Assembly: GCA_002633005.1 (NCBI GenBank)
Contig: NMRA01000076.1
Location: 994,748-1,058,747 of the forward strand
Reading direction: 5' to 3'
DNA: 64,000 nucleotides
From: Phoronis australis
Lineage: Eukaryota > Animalia > Phoronida
Part shown: in pieces, positions 1 through 12,130 of the stretch
How the letters are laid out: each line of letters opens with the position of its first letter
Position numbering within the stretch: the stretch's first letter is position 1
The notes under the pieces: generated by a model
Databases searched by the model: none
What the model saw: only the letters and a program-made list of their open reading frames with translations
Told to the model about the DNA's origin: nothing
Made by a program: the position numbers and the translations under genes

Positions 1-15
1 GCAAATCATTTGGAC

Positions 16-1578
16 ATGGCACCTACAGCTATAACTTTCAAAGGACGCGTGAAAAAATTCTGTGAGAATACGACCGCACACGGTTTAGGACAAACTGTAG
101 AAACGGGCAATAAATTGAAGACAATTTTCTGGACAGTTGTGTTTCTTGTGGCTTTGGCAGGATGTGTTTGGAACATCTACTACGTTGCCGAGGCGTACTT
201 AAGTTTTGGATTTAGCGTCAAATCCAGACTCGAACAGCACCCGAGTTCATTGGTATTTCCAAGTGTAACAATTTGTAACTTGAATCCAATCAGTTCCTCA
301 AAGCGGGCCAAATTTATGGGAGAATTTAAACGACAAACAGGGTTATCAGAGAAAGACTGCGATAACGAATATAAGCTATCCGATTCCGAACGTTCAGAAA
401 ATTTGTATTTATACAGATGGTCAGAGAAGCCAAAATTTTGGTTTGAATACAACGAGAATGTTACAGAAATGTTAGGCCATTCAAAGAAGGACTTCGTTGT
501 AGATTGCATGTTTGAAAGCTTTCCTGGTTGTGAAGAGAATTTCGCTCTCATTAAAGATCCCAACCTGTACAACTGCTACACTTTCAAATCTTACAAAGGC
601 CACAGACCACGCGTAGGAGTTGAGATGGGGTTGTCGTTAATTCTGTTTCTGGAAAATACATATTCCCACGATCAACTCGTCGACGGTTTACCCATTGATT
701 CGTATAGCGCTGGAAACGTAGGTGCTAAGCTTGTCATTCATGAGCCTGGGTCACATCCAAACCCCAACACACGTGGAATCACTGTGGAAGTTGGTAAAAC
801 TACTAACATAATTCTACGGACTGTGAATAAACGGGCTTTAGGGCCTCCGTATCCCTCGCCGTGTAATGCCCAAAAGAAAATTAATTCCAGTAATGGTAAC
901 AGATATTCGTACGAAGAAGAATTGTGCACCGTAAGCTGCATTCAAAAAGCCTTGGCTGAAAGATGCGGATGCGTTTCAATAGACTACATAGCTGACAAAT
1001 TTAGAAATGACGTTCCATTCTGCGGAAGTCATCCCTGTAATGCGACGAAAGTGATGGAAAATTATGAGTGTCTTAATAATGTCGCCAATGACTTCATATA
1101 CAAAACCGACCCCAGTTGCCAGCACTGCACCAAACCTTGTAACGCGGTTACTTTTGATTATACTATGTATCAGTCCAAATGGCCTGCAGCTTTGTACCAT
1201 CCAGATCTTCTGCAATGGTTCGTAAACAAGGATGATAGCACATTGTATAGCCAAATCTTAAGAAACATTTCAGCCGATGACATTCCTCAATTTGTTGAAA
1301 ACAATTTCCTTCGAATCAACATCCATTTTGGTGATTATTATGTCCGCACGGATACGGAAACGTTGGATACTGACGGGTTCTCCTTGCTCTGTAATATAGG
1401 AGGAGCATTTGGCTTCTGGATTGGAGTTTCTGTCGTGACTGGAGTTGAGGTGTTGGCATTATTTTGTGACTTTATAGCCATCTTGGTCCATAAATGTACA
1501 AAGAGTAGAATTCAAGACAATCTTCAGATTTCGGAACATCGGGGTCAGGTAGCGCCTGTCCAGACACCCATCTACTAG
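16..1578 (+). CDS. DEG/ENaC (amiloride-sensitive sodium channel/ASIC/FaNaC superfamily) subunit, single coding exon, ~520 aa
   Basis: Uninterrupted ORF from ATG at 16 (the ORF track starts at TTG 10). It has the pre-TM1 HG motif (TTAHG), hydrophobic TM1, FPSVTICNLN, NCYTF, GLSLIL, Cys-rich thumb (CTVSC..CGC..C..PC), SKWP, and TM2 LLCNIGGAFGFWIGVSVVT with a GxS filter. Subfamily cannot be assigned without phylogeny. Confidence 0.93.
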   Translation: MAPTAITFKGRVKKFCENTTAHGLGQTVETGNKLKTIFWTVVFLVALAGCVWNIYYVAEAYLSFGFSVKSRLEQHPSSLVFPSVTICNLNPISSSKRAKFMGEFKRQTGLSEKDCDNEYKLSDSERSENLYLYRWSEKPKFWFEYNENVTEMLGHSKKDFVVDCMFESFPGCEENFALIKDPNLYNCYTFKSYKGHRPRVGVEMGLSLILFLENTYSHDQLVDGLPIDSYSAGNVGAKLVIHEPGSHPNPNTRGITVEVGKTTNIILRTVNKRALGPPYPSPCNAQKKINSSNGNRYSYEEELCTVSCIQKALAERCGCVSIDYIADKFRNDVPFCGSHPCNATKVMENYECLNNVANDFIYKTDPSCQHCTKPCNAVTFDYTMYQSKWPAALYHPDLLQWFVNKDDSTLYSQILRNISADDIPQFVENNFLRINIHFGDYYVRTDTETLDTDGFSLLCNIGGAFGFWIGVSVVTGVEVLALFCDFIAILVHKCTKSRIQDNLQISEHRGQVAPVQTPIY

Positions 1579-3196
1579 TCAGTTTATTGACTAATCAGGC
1601 TCGTAGCCTTCAGTTGGAAAGGGGCGTTGGGAAGCTTAAGATCTTAAACCTCTGCCATATTACTCATTCATCAATCGATGTTGTCACCAATCCATCGCCT
1701 TTCTCTGACCAAAGCCCTACCCTTCTCTATCCTCGCTTGTCTCGGGCCTTCTTGCGCCTTGAGAATTCTTTCACACACGCCGTTTCGGCTCTCGCAGACG
1801 CATATTACCATCTCGCACCGCTTTTCAAGTATCGTTGACATAATGTTTTGCTCGCACACGCATAAACCCCGCTCCTGCACATTATAACTTGCCCGCGAAA
1901 GCTATTCCCAAACCTCGTAGGCCTACGCCTTTCTCTTCTCTTAGGCCACTTCGTAAAACCCTCACTTATGAAGTCTCTTCTTTCACGCCATTTGTGCATG
2001 TATAGGTCCATGCGCCTACATTCGAAGTTACAACTATATTCGGAATTAGGCACATGCGCATCAAAAGCAATTCTGCAACAGTGAGTCATTGAACTGGACA
2101 GTTATTCCAAATAGTTTTGAAAAAACTTCGCGTGGTCTACTCAGAATTATCATCCAGGAAAGGCTCTGTCAAAGCTAGTCGCGTAATCTTCGCGCAGGCA
2201 AGATTGTCAGTGTCCTAATGTCGACGACAATGTGGGTGCTCGCATCGCAGCAAAACGTGTGCCTGTGCAAAGGACACCCTCTTCAGTGGCGGTGCGGATA
2301 GTTCTTTGTAGGTTGGACCAGATGAGAAAAAGCGCTCCCACGCCCCAGAATCTGATAAGCAATACTTGGAATGGATTCACAAACAGTGCAAACATACGTA
2401 CTTTATCTATTTGTGATCTTTGTGTTCTTGTCCTCGTCATGAATGTCGTAGCAAAAATACGTTATTTGTGGCATATGATGAATGTGATCTGAGAATTTTG
2501 TTTGGACAACGAGTAAGCTGATGCTAATAAATCACAAGGAAAAAAAATGAATCGACAAATTTTTATTTTCCAGGAAACTGAGAAAAAGGACGCATTAAGA
2601 GTGACTCAGTTTAATGACGCTATTTTAAATGAACATAATTCACGAACTTCAATATTAAATCATCTATTTCGTGCAAACGCGCCTGTTTGAAACAATACCA
2701 CCGCGTCTCCATTGTTTTTCAGCTTCGTAGTTTTACAACTGACACAACTTGTTCGCAAACAGGGCCTCTCTTCAAGTAATTCTGTACCTGGCGTGCGCAC
2801 GCATGGAACAAGACTTCTGGGGGTCTGGGCCGCGGTCGGATTCAGTCTCCGAACTCACTTGAACTCGAGAATTCCGTTTTCTCGAACCGTTTTCTAAGCT
2901 AGTTGTGCTCAGCTACACCAAAAAGTAAAAATGAAGCCTGTCTACGCTTGGTACCAACTCGATTTAGGAAAGCACTAGTTGAAAACCGAGTCTGAGTCTG
3001 AGCATAGATTTGGTCTCAGGCTTAGACTAGAGATTATAATCACCAATAAGCTTTGCCATACCACATCATAGGAATAACGCATTTGACATTTCACGCGGCG
3101 ATATCCACACCAAATCATTTATTCGTTCTATGTTAATTGACTGAGTCATCTCCCTCTCTAACATGATGTATTAGTAGTGACCAGCAGTTACATTAT

Positions 3197-6100
3197 ATGA
3201 CTGGCCCAAACCTGAGTCTTCGACTTCCCAGTTGTCTGAAACTATGCTTGTGGAATGTTAGAAGTCTTTATAATAAATTACCGGAAGTTGCTGTTAATAT
3301 AAACAATTGGTCCCTGGATGTTATTTGTCTCCAAAAGACATGGCTATCTTGCGACATTGCAAACGAAGAAATTGGAATCTGTGGTTACAATGTGGAACGC
3401 CTAGACAGACATAACGGTACTCGTTATGGTGGCGTATTCACGTATGTCAGAAGCAGCCTTGCCTACATTAGAAGACAAGACCTAGAGTTAAACGATTTGG
3501 AACTTCTGTGTGTTCAACAGAATTTTAAGGATGTCAGTCCTTTAATTGTTCTCAATTTCTACAGACACCCTGATCAGACAAGTTGGCTTGAAATCTTTGA
3601 GTCTGTGGTTAGCAGGTGAGGCTATGAGGTGGTTATCGCTGGTGATCTTAATGTTGATTGGAACAATGAAATTTCAAAACCCCTCAAAGATGCCATGATT
3701 CAAGGTTTGAATCTCCATCAGGTGGTAACGGAGCCTACACGTGTGTCAGACCCTGCCTCACTGATTGATCATGTTTATGTTTCTGCTCCCGGAGTTTGTG
3801 AGATTAGTAAAAGTGGTAAAAATGGGTTAAGTGATCACTGCATAGTCAGTAAAAGGCATTTTTGCACCAAATTTCATCATGAGTGTGTGACCTATAGATC
3901 GTTTAAAAACTTTGATGACCAGGCCTTCGAATCGGATCTTGCTCTTGCTCCCTGGTCAGTCATCGAAGCCTATGACGACATTGGTGATGCTCTTGATGCA
4001 TGGTACAAGTTATTTAACAGTATTTTAGACGAACATGCTCCATGGAAAACTAGACGTGTGAAGAGATTACGTCAGTCTGAATGGTTCAGTGGTGACATTT
4101 TTGAAACTATAAAGCTCAGGGACAGTTTACGTAAGTGCGGAAATTATGAGGGCTACAAATCAGAGCGAAATCGTGTTGTAGCAATGATTAAAAAGGCTAA
4201 GAGTGACTATTACTCTTCACCGATCAGTAGTTGAAAAGTCATCAGACAAGTTGCTCCTAAGGAAAAATCCTCATCGCCTGCCATTTTAAGGATTGATGAG
4301 AAGTGTGTTCATGACAAAATTCAGATTGCCAATAATTTTAACAATTTTTTTACTGACATAGCTAGCAAACTTACTCAGGATCTTAAAGATACGCACGCCA
4401 CTCATAATGATTTGATTGACTTTGTTAGTTCCAGAGTTGAAAGTGACATAGGTTATGATATTCCTCTGGTAAATATGGAATCTGTAAATAAGTTCTTAAA
4501 TGGTCTTAATATTAATAAAGCCACTGAGATGGATGATGTCAGCTCCAAAACATTGAAACTAGGTCATGAGGAGCTGGCACCATCCATCACCTATCTTTTA
4601 AACCATATCATTAAAACTTCCAAGTTTCCTAGTTTGCGGAAATTTGCAAAAGTATCCCCTTTACACAAAGGCGGTGCTACTGACAATGTAAACAATTACA
4701 GACCAATTTCAATTTTACCGGTCTTGTCTAAATTGTTGGAAAAGCCTGTTCACAATACCTTTTATTCATTTTTGACTGAGCATGATTTAGTAGTTACATC
4801 TCTGTCCGGTTTCAGAAGTGACTACTCCTGTGAAACTGCCCTCATTAATATTGTTAACGGCTGGGCTCAGGGTGTAGATAGTGGTCACGTTGGTGTAGTA
4901 TTTTTTGATTTTAAAAAAGCTTGTGATCTCGTTGATCACAATATATTTCTAAGAAAATTGTTAATTTACAAGGTGGGCAAGGTCTCCCTAGACTGGTTTA
5001 AATCATATCTCTCAGAGAGGTGCCAGGTTGTATCACTTGGTGGACATCTGTCTGAGTCCCGAGGTATCACACACGGTGTTCCCCAGGGATCCATCCTGGG
5101 ACCTCTGCTGTTTTTACTTTTTATAAATGATCTCTCTTTAGTCTTCGAAAATACGGTTGACATGTATGCAGATGATACTACTTTGTCTGTTGTTGCAAAC
5201 TCGCTGATCGCTGTAAAGGACAGACTCCAGTCTTGATCTGGATAAGGTTGTTACCTGGTGTACTGATATTAAAATGGTAATTAATGCTGAAAAAACAAAT
5301 GTACGAGTATTGCCACAAAGCAACGGCACAGTAGAAGTAATATTGAGCTTAACCTTGCTATTTCCAATGTACGTCTCAAATATGTTGACAGTGAAAAGTT
5401 ATTAGGTGTTACTGTAGACAAGACCCTCAGCTGGTCTAGCCATATAAATGGGACTGTCCGAAATTAGGCAGCGCCTTGGTCTTCTCCGGCGTATATCACC
5501 ATTCCTTCCTACAGAGGGGCGTCTGCTATATTTCAGCGCTTGTGTATTCCCTCTGTTCGCTTATTGTAGTACAGCGTGATCAGGATGCAATGCAAAATTA
5601 GTTTCCTCTTTATTGAAGGCTCAGAAGCAGGCGGCCAGGAGTTCTAGGTGTGCCTTTTGACACTCCGTCAACTCATATGTTTAATAGACTGGGGTGGCTC
5701 CCTATTGACAAATATTTTATATATAGGCGTCTGTGTATGATGCATAGGTGCTTTCACGGTAATGTACCGACTTATTTATCTCGTAATCTCGTACTTGTTC
5801 GAAATAGCCACCAAATCAGGACAAGATTTTTTGCCTCAAACAATTTGGTTTTGCCCAGACACAGAACTTCGTTTTATTCTAAGTCCTTCTTTATTCAGAC
5901 CATCCAACAGTGGAGCAATTTGCCTAATAGTCTTAAGGATGCTGACTGTTATGATAATTTCAGACACCACCTCATCAGTTACCTGTGGTAGTCATAGCTG
6001 TCCCTCCTTTTTTGTCTTTCCAATGTATATACCATAATTTTATTTATTTATTTATTTATTTATCTTTATTTCAATTTGTAAATCTAATTTATAAATACTA

Positions 6101-6266
6101 TTTTATTTAATGTATCTTATTGTATCTTAATTTAATCTGTTTATCTAACTTAATTTAATTAATTTAATTTCTTGCTGCAGAGGACCATGCTGGATTTTAG
6201 CCTTTGGCTAAAGCATGTTTTACATTTATTGTATTTTTATCCTCTTTAAATAAAGTTTATTATTAT
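3197..6266 (+). mobile_element. Decayed non-LTR retrotransposon (CR1/L2-group LINE), ORF2 plus 3' UTR, apparently 5'-truncated
   Basis: APE endonuclease motifs (WNVRSL, YRHP, IAGDLNVD, SLIDH, SDH) are followed by RT motifs (NYRPISILPVLSKLLEK, SGFR, GVPQGSILGPLLF, YADD) and a C-terminal SF..Q..W..LP box. In-frame stops at ~3617, ~4232 and ~5234, with later frameshifts. The AT-rich 3' UTR ends in AATAAA then (TTA)n at ~6248-6266. No ORF1 seen. Confidence 0.92.
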
Positions 6267-7935
6267 GAGAATAACGATTCAAGTTTCTCCTGATTCATTG
6301 TCGAAGTTGAGGGCAGAGAACAGTTCCTACAAAGTGTAGGAAGAGATGGGTGACCCAGATTCAAATAAGCCTACCAAGCACTAGCTATACAGCGCAACCA
6401 GTGCATCGTTAAAAGAAAAGATGTTGATGTTCTCGGAATTTCCGTTTTCGGGTTTAACTTCCTCAGCACTTATCTCATTCTCACTGTAAGTAGAGCAGGG
6501 GCTGTGACTGATATGCGGCCGTTGTAGTCCGTTGTTCTTTGAAATTAACGAAGATTTTTGAAAAACTAACAAGTTCACCATGACACGTGGCAACAGCCAG
6601 CCTATACGTACAGTAAAAATACATCTTTTTTTAACTTCTCATATGTCTTTTCTCTCTTTTAGACAATTTCTCAAACTGGTAGAGGAAAAAACACTGAACT
6701 TCCCGAGAAAGTGTACTACTCTCTTTGAAGTGGTTTCTCATTGTTGTAGCAACATTGTCAGTTACAACACAGAAAGTTCCTCGTTTTCATTCGGCTTCTT
6801 CAAAAGAGACACGCTCATCCCCTGCTTGTCTACCATTCATGCCTTTTCCTTGCTCGATTATCGATTCCTTCCATTTGATCGCGCCTTTGAAACTTTTTCC
6901 GATGTCTTTGAGTATTTTTGTCGGGATCTTGGCGCGCGTAGCTATTGTAAGAGTACTACGAACTAAAAATAGAACCTTGCCGAAGATCATGCGAACACAT
7001 TGGCATCGAATTAAGGGTCCAGTGATTGCGAAGACTTTTCGCAAGTCCAGCGAAGTCCAGCTTGTGATCCTGCAGTGTTTCTTTGTTTCACATTGAACGA
7101 AAATTAGTGCCAGGACGTCGGTAACCGAGTCAAATACCGCTGGATGAAAATCTCAAGCTACAGTGTAACTTCCCTAGAACTCCACTTGACGGTATTGACG
7201 CGTTCAATCGACAACGGGGTTTGCCCTTTTGCTTTGAAGCCTTAAAAAATTCCTGTTTGATCAGCGGAAAAGTTAATCAAGAGCTTCCAAATATTGACAT
7301 AATTATGCTTGGTGCAATTACAGTTTCAGGAAGCAGATCGAAATATATCAATTTATGTTCCAACCCAAATGACACAACTTACTGTACGGTTTCCTGCACA
7401 CTGAAGTTAAACTGTTTTCCATAATTTTTCTAATTAATTAAGCTCTTTCGTGTTCTCGCTTGCATAATTATTTGTAAAACTATATGTGCTCCAACGGGCT
7501 CATCGCCACCAGTCCCGCCGCTCCTATTTCCGCACGTCACCACCCATTTCATCACGGGTCGCCAACAGTTTCACGGTCGGGGTACCATCTCCCCTCGCTG
7601 GTCGGTCCGCGACTTATATTTATAATCTCTCCCGTTACTGTCTGCCCAATTTTGTTTTTCATTTGCCAGAATTTTTCATATTTTTGCCCGAATCCGATGG
7701 GTAATTGCTCTCCACCCCCGCCTTCCCTGTTTCTCGCCTATGTAGACCCCCATTCAGGGAAGACCGAAAGTATATAAACTTGGTATTCCTTGAACAATCT
7801 CGACTGGAGTCGTATTTTGTAGTTTGATCTCTGCAACTCAATAAGACCATGAGGATGTTGCCACTCAACCAAGCGGTGATTTAATTACTCTAGAACCGCT
7901 GTGCATTCTGTAGTTCATGCAAAAGAAGTGCTCTT

Positions 7936-8094
7936 CAGGGGCGGATCCAGGACTTTTAGTTGGGGGGGCAGGGGATAGTATCAGCCAGGATTTTGCTTGT
8001 CAGACATTAGCACCCCCGAACAGCCAAACGGAATCCAGGAGAATTTTAGGGGAAGGGGCATGGCCCCCTTGGCCCACCTCTAAATCCGCCACTG
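7936..8094. mobile_element. Short non-autonomous DNA transposon (MITE, hAT-like CAG...CTG termini)
   Basis: Terminal inverted repeats CAGGGGCGGAT...ATCCGCCACTG with G/C-rich subterminal runs; no clean TSD. Confidence 0.6.
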
Positions 8095-8653
8095 CTTTTG
8101 ACATATCAAACAAACCTTATCGGACGGAGATGACTGTAAAAGAAAATTCCGTGCTCCACGTAGATTATCTGCTGATTGGGTAGATGTTGTCACGACCAGC
8201 TATTGATTTTTTTACCTCTGACTGACAGTTCAAGGCCTAGCGCAGTCTCGGATCCACAAAGCACTACATGTAGGACTGAACGACGAAGACCTATGTGAAG
8301 AGTCGGGTTGTTTTTCGGACTGGTTGGCGCGTGCGAAAAGCGAAGAGATTCTCAGTACGTTTCCCACGGGTTAAATCGGTCACAACTAAAACAACGCGCC
8401 CTGTCATGTAAGAACTTACGCTTATATGCACGACACTCGAGTAAACAATTTTCTTTGAAAAAAAAAAAGATTTTTAGGATATAGGCGCATAGACCAATGC
8501 CCGCATGCAGTAAACACATTCCCAAAGTTTAATAATGCGTTTTTACCAGAATCATTTCACAAATACTCCATTAAAAATGGAAACAAAAATAAACCAAATA
8601 TCCATATACTAACAATGTTTATTGACAGTGAAAAATGCTACTTAACTCACGGC

Positions 8654-8761
8654 AGTAGACGGATATAACGTGCCGGTATTTTGAGAAGCAGTTCGATGCC
8701 CGTTATTCAGAGGAGAAAATCGGTTCTGAAATTCCGGGCACCTTATATCCGACCATTACTG
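8654..8761. mobile_element. Small palindromic MITE-like element
   Basis: CAGTAGACGGATATAACGTGCCGGTATTTTGAGAA is the imperfect reverse complement of TTCTGAAATTCCGGGCACCTTATATCCGACCATTACTG. Confidence 0.5.
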
Positions 8762-10160
8762 AACTCACTTTGCACTCTACATGTATAATACGTGTTGATT
8801 GTCCTCGATCACATACCGTGATTACGAGCCAGTGAATAGATAGGTCTTTGGCACCAAGTAACCCCATACAGTATCAACAAACATTCTTTAAAACTATGTC
8901 TCCTCTAACTGGGCAAGGACAAACAAAACTAAAAACAAAATCTCTTTAAAACAAAGGATATTCACAAAAAGATCCCAGGTAGCATTCCATTAACACCAGT
9001 TTACATTAAAATGCAATTAGTATAGTTCATTGTGACTGGTCGCTCACCAAACACTATTAAGGTAATAATCAATACATGAACCATTAACACAACCAATGGA
9101 TAAAACCGAACTATTGAAAGCAGAAAAGCCAGAAGAATCCTGTTGTCCCTGGAACAGCTTGTCAGAGTGAACTCCTGAAGCTTAAAATTTGTGTGAAACA
9201 AAATCTCTTTGCCAACAATTGATTGCCGGGACAAGCTGAACAACTCAAATGCTCTTAACAGAAGCAAGATACCAACAGTTTTCAAGCAAATTCTGTTTAC
9301 ACAAGTTCAGTTAGGGCATTCTTTTAGTAAAGAAATGATCAGTGTTCTTGCCTTAACTGGCAGCACCAGATGAACAATCACACTGGTTGCAATGGAGCTG
9401 GATAAAAGCAATAAGAAAATTTTCATTTTCCGTAGTATGCATTGATGCTTGATGAATAACTATGTGATTCAGATAATGATGGCTCCATTAATTTGGATTA
9501 TCTTTTGAACATACCAAAAAGACACTAAGATATAATTACTTATTTGGTTTGTACAATGGCAAGTGTACTAGAGAAGCAACACACAGACGTTATTGGCTTC
9601 AATTATTTGAAAAAAGTATGCATCCTTTTTTAGTAAACTCTGGATTATGCATTTTAGGCAATAACCTTCAGCAATATTGTAATAGACCCATAGGTCCCAT
9701 CAAAATAAAAGAGACTGTTTATATAAAAACTCAAAGTGTTAAAGTATCACTTTGAACTGAATGAAACTCCCAACAATATTGCTTATTTTGTCAATACTGT
9801 GACTATTATAAAAACCAAGGCTACACAACAGTTTGAAAATAATGCTGGCCAAACACAGTTTTTGATGCACTAGACTTCCCCGGTTGAGTAAACCATGCAC
9901 TTTATTTACATTGTATGGCAATAAGTCTGACTTGTTGCCAAATAGTCATAGGTCTCATTTAGTTGTCCTGTTACGGAGATCTCCATAAAATTTCCATTTC
10001 AGATGAAGTTTAGAGTTTTCGGGTTCTTGTGTAAGATTTCTGGAAAAAAATGAAGAACAATTACACTTGTCTGAAACATGATGATCAGAAACAAAAGGCA
10101 TCAAAGGCTCTCCCACACCAAACTCGTAACTAAAACGTCCCAGCTTGTCTTAGACGTTAT

Positions 10161-11422
10161 GTGGGACCTTATAAACAAATCTGTGTGTTTAGCCAATTAC
10201 TATAGATTACCTCAGTAAAAGGTTTATTTTCTGAAGGTAAAAAGCCTGTAGAATTTGATTTTTGACTCCACACTAATCTGCTATAAATTGGGTCACGTGA
10301 CCATGTATTTTTTAGTAAAATTTAGCAAAAACGAAAGGCATATTTATAGCAAAACATTGGCATTAATAACTTCACCAAATATTGTTTCATAGAAATGTCA
10401 CACAAACAATTTGAAATCTCAAAAATGCTGTTTTTTGAATTATCCTTTCGTTTTCATTTTATGATTATTTTTCAAAGCAAATAAAAAGTCCCCGGCCATT
10501 TTCTGATAGCCTCTCATGCAAAAATAGAACATTTTACAAGCAATCCCTTGTTTACGAGAACAGTTCATGAAACACAGTATCTGGCAGTTTCATCTGAATC
10601 TGATGACATCATTTCTTAGACAAGATGTTCTGAAGTTGGCCAAAATTTGGACATTTTTCTAGGGTCCTACACAATCTTAACACCTATGTGTATTGGGATG
10701 GGGACGGGGGAGAAAACAGGCAACTTCGACCAAAAACATGCCTTGAATGTGACACCGTCCACAGGGGTTTTAGTCAGAATGTAAAATATTTATGTTTGCT
10801 CCCACTCACCAACAGCGTTAGATATCTGATTTAAAACATATCTTAATTGCAACCCTACAAAATAATATTTTTCAATTTTACAATCAAATTGAGCAACATT
10901 GAGCATGCTTACTGGAACAATAAATCATTTTTCCAAACCTTCTTAGAGAAAAAAGTAGATAGTGATGGAAAATGAAGCATTTTACTAAAAAAGACATGGT
11001 CACACGACCACATTTATACCAGACTGGCATTGAGTAAAAAATCAAATTCTACGGGCATTTTATCTTCAGAAAATGTATACTGTTAATGTGATACTCTATA
11101 GTTTTATATTTGGTTAATATGATACTCTATAGTTTTATATTTGGTTAATGCGATACTCTATAGTTTTATATTTGGTTAATGCGATACTCTATAGTTTTAT
11201 TTGGTTAATGCGATACTCTATAGTTTTATATTTGGTTAATGTGATACTCTATAGTTTTATATTTGGTTAATGTGATACTCTATAGTTTTATATTTGGTTA
11301 ATGTGATACTCTATAGTTTTATATTTGGTTAATGTGATACTCTATAGTTTTATATTTGGTTAATGTGATACTCTATAGTTTTATACTTGGCTAAATACAC
11401 AGACTTGTCTATATGGTCCTAC
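10161..11422. mobile_element. Foldback/MITE-like element with ~160-bp diverged inverted arms
   Basis: 10161-10320 aligns by eye to the reverse complement of 10980-11422 once the minisatellite is collapsed to one unit (shared TTTTCTGAAG, GTAGAATTTGATTTTT, GTGACCATGT, TTTTTTAGTAAA). Termini GT(G/A)GGACC. Confidence 0.7.
11082..11392. repeat. Minisatellite, 31-bp unit x ~10
   Basis: Unit GTTAATGTGATACTCTATAGTTTTATATTTG in head-to-tail copies with minor variants and one 2-bp deletion; no spacers. Confidence 0.95.
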
Positions 11423-11778
11423 AAAACCTCTACCACGCAGTCTCACTAAAGTCAGGAGCAAGCACTTTTGATAGAATCTTTATGAAAAACAAAACTGTTT
11501 TGATCACTGGGCAACTTCAATGTATTTAAAAGTGCTGGTATGCTGCCACCATGAACGTAAACATTTTGGAAATGATATTATGTAAACTTGCATAGCATCG
11601 ATGTATATGAATAATTTACTAGTATTTTACGTGTATAATTACACCATAAATATAGAATCTACCTGCCATCAATAAATAATGAACTGTCCTGTGCTGAGAA
11701 CCTGTCTATTAATGCTGTCACCATTGTGGTCATAATCATGTCTTACAACTTTGCCGTGACTTTTCAACAAATTTAAAG

Positions 11779-12130
11779 CTGCATTTCCTCTTGTTAAGCT
11801 GGCTAAAAATGAAAATGGAAGTAGTTCTTTGCTTACTCAACTAATAAAAATGGTCTCATAATTTTCCTTACCACTATGAAATTTGTTTTCGTTAATCAAG
11901 AACATACGAACCCTTGACAGGTCAAGACATGGGAAATTTTTGAATTTGTTGGGGTTGGTCAACTCTGGAATTCGAACATAGCATGCTGGGAACAGGAATA
12001 CCAATAGGCCAGCCTTGTGACGCAACAATGATCACTTCCAGTGAGTCATCACTTATTAGCCATTACTTTTCATTATTTGATTTAGGAACTTGAAATGGTT
12101 AAATTGACAGCTTAACAGGACAAAATGCAG
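11779..12130. mobile_element. MITE family A, copy 1
   Basis: TIRs CTGCATTTCCTCTTGTTAAGCTG / CAGCTTAACAGGACAAAATGCAG; related copy at 15188-15530. Confidence 0.6.

Noticed and set aside
180-1254. Antisense ORFs within the DEG/ENaC CDS
   Set aside because: Shadow ORFs with no recognisable motifs.
3072-6276. GAATAACG on both sides of the LINE as a possible TSD
   Set aside because: An 8-bp match not clearly abutting the element ends could be chance.
11082-11392. 31-bp repeats resembling a CRISPR array
   Set aside because: Units are contiguous with no unique spacers, there are no cas genes, and the context is eukaryotic; it is a minisatellite.
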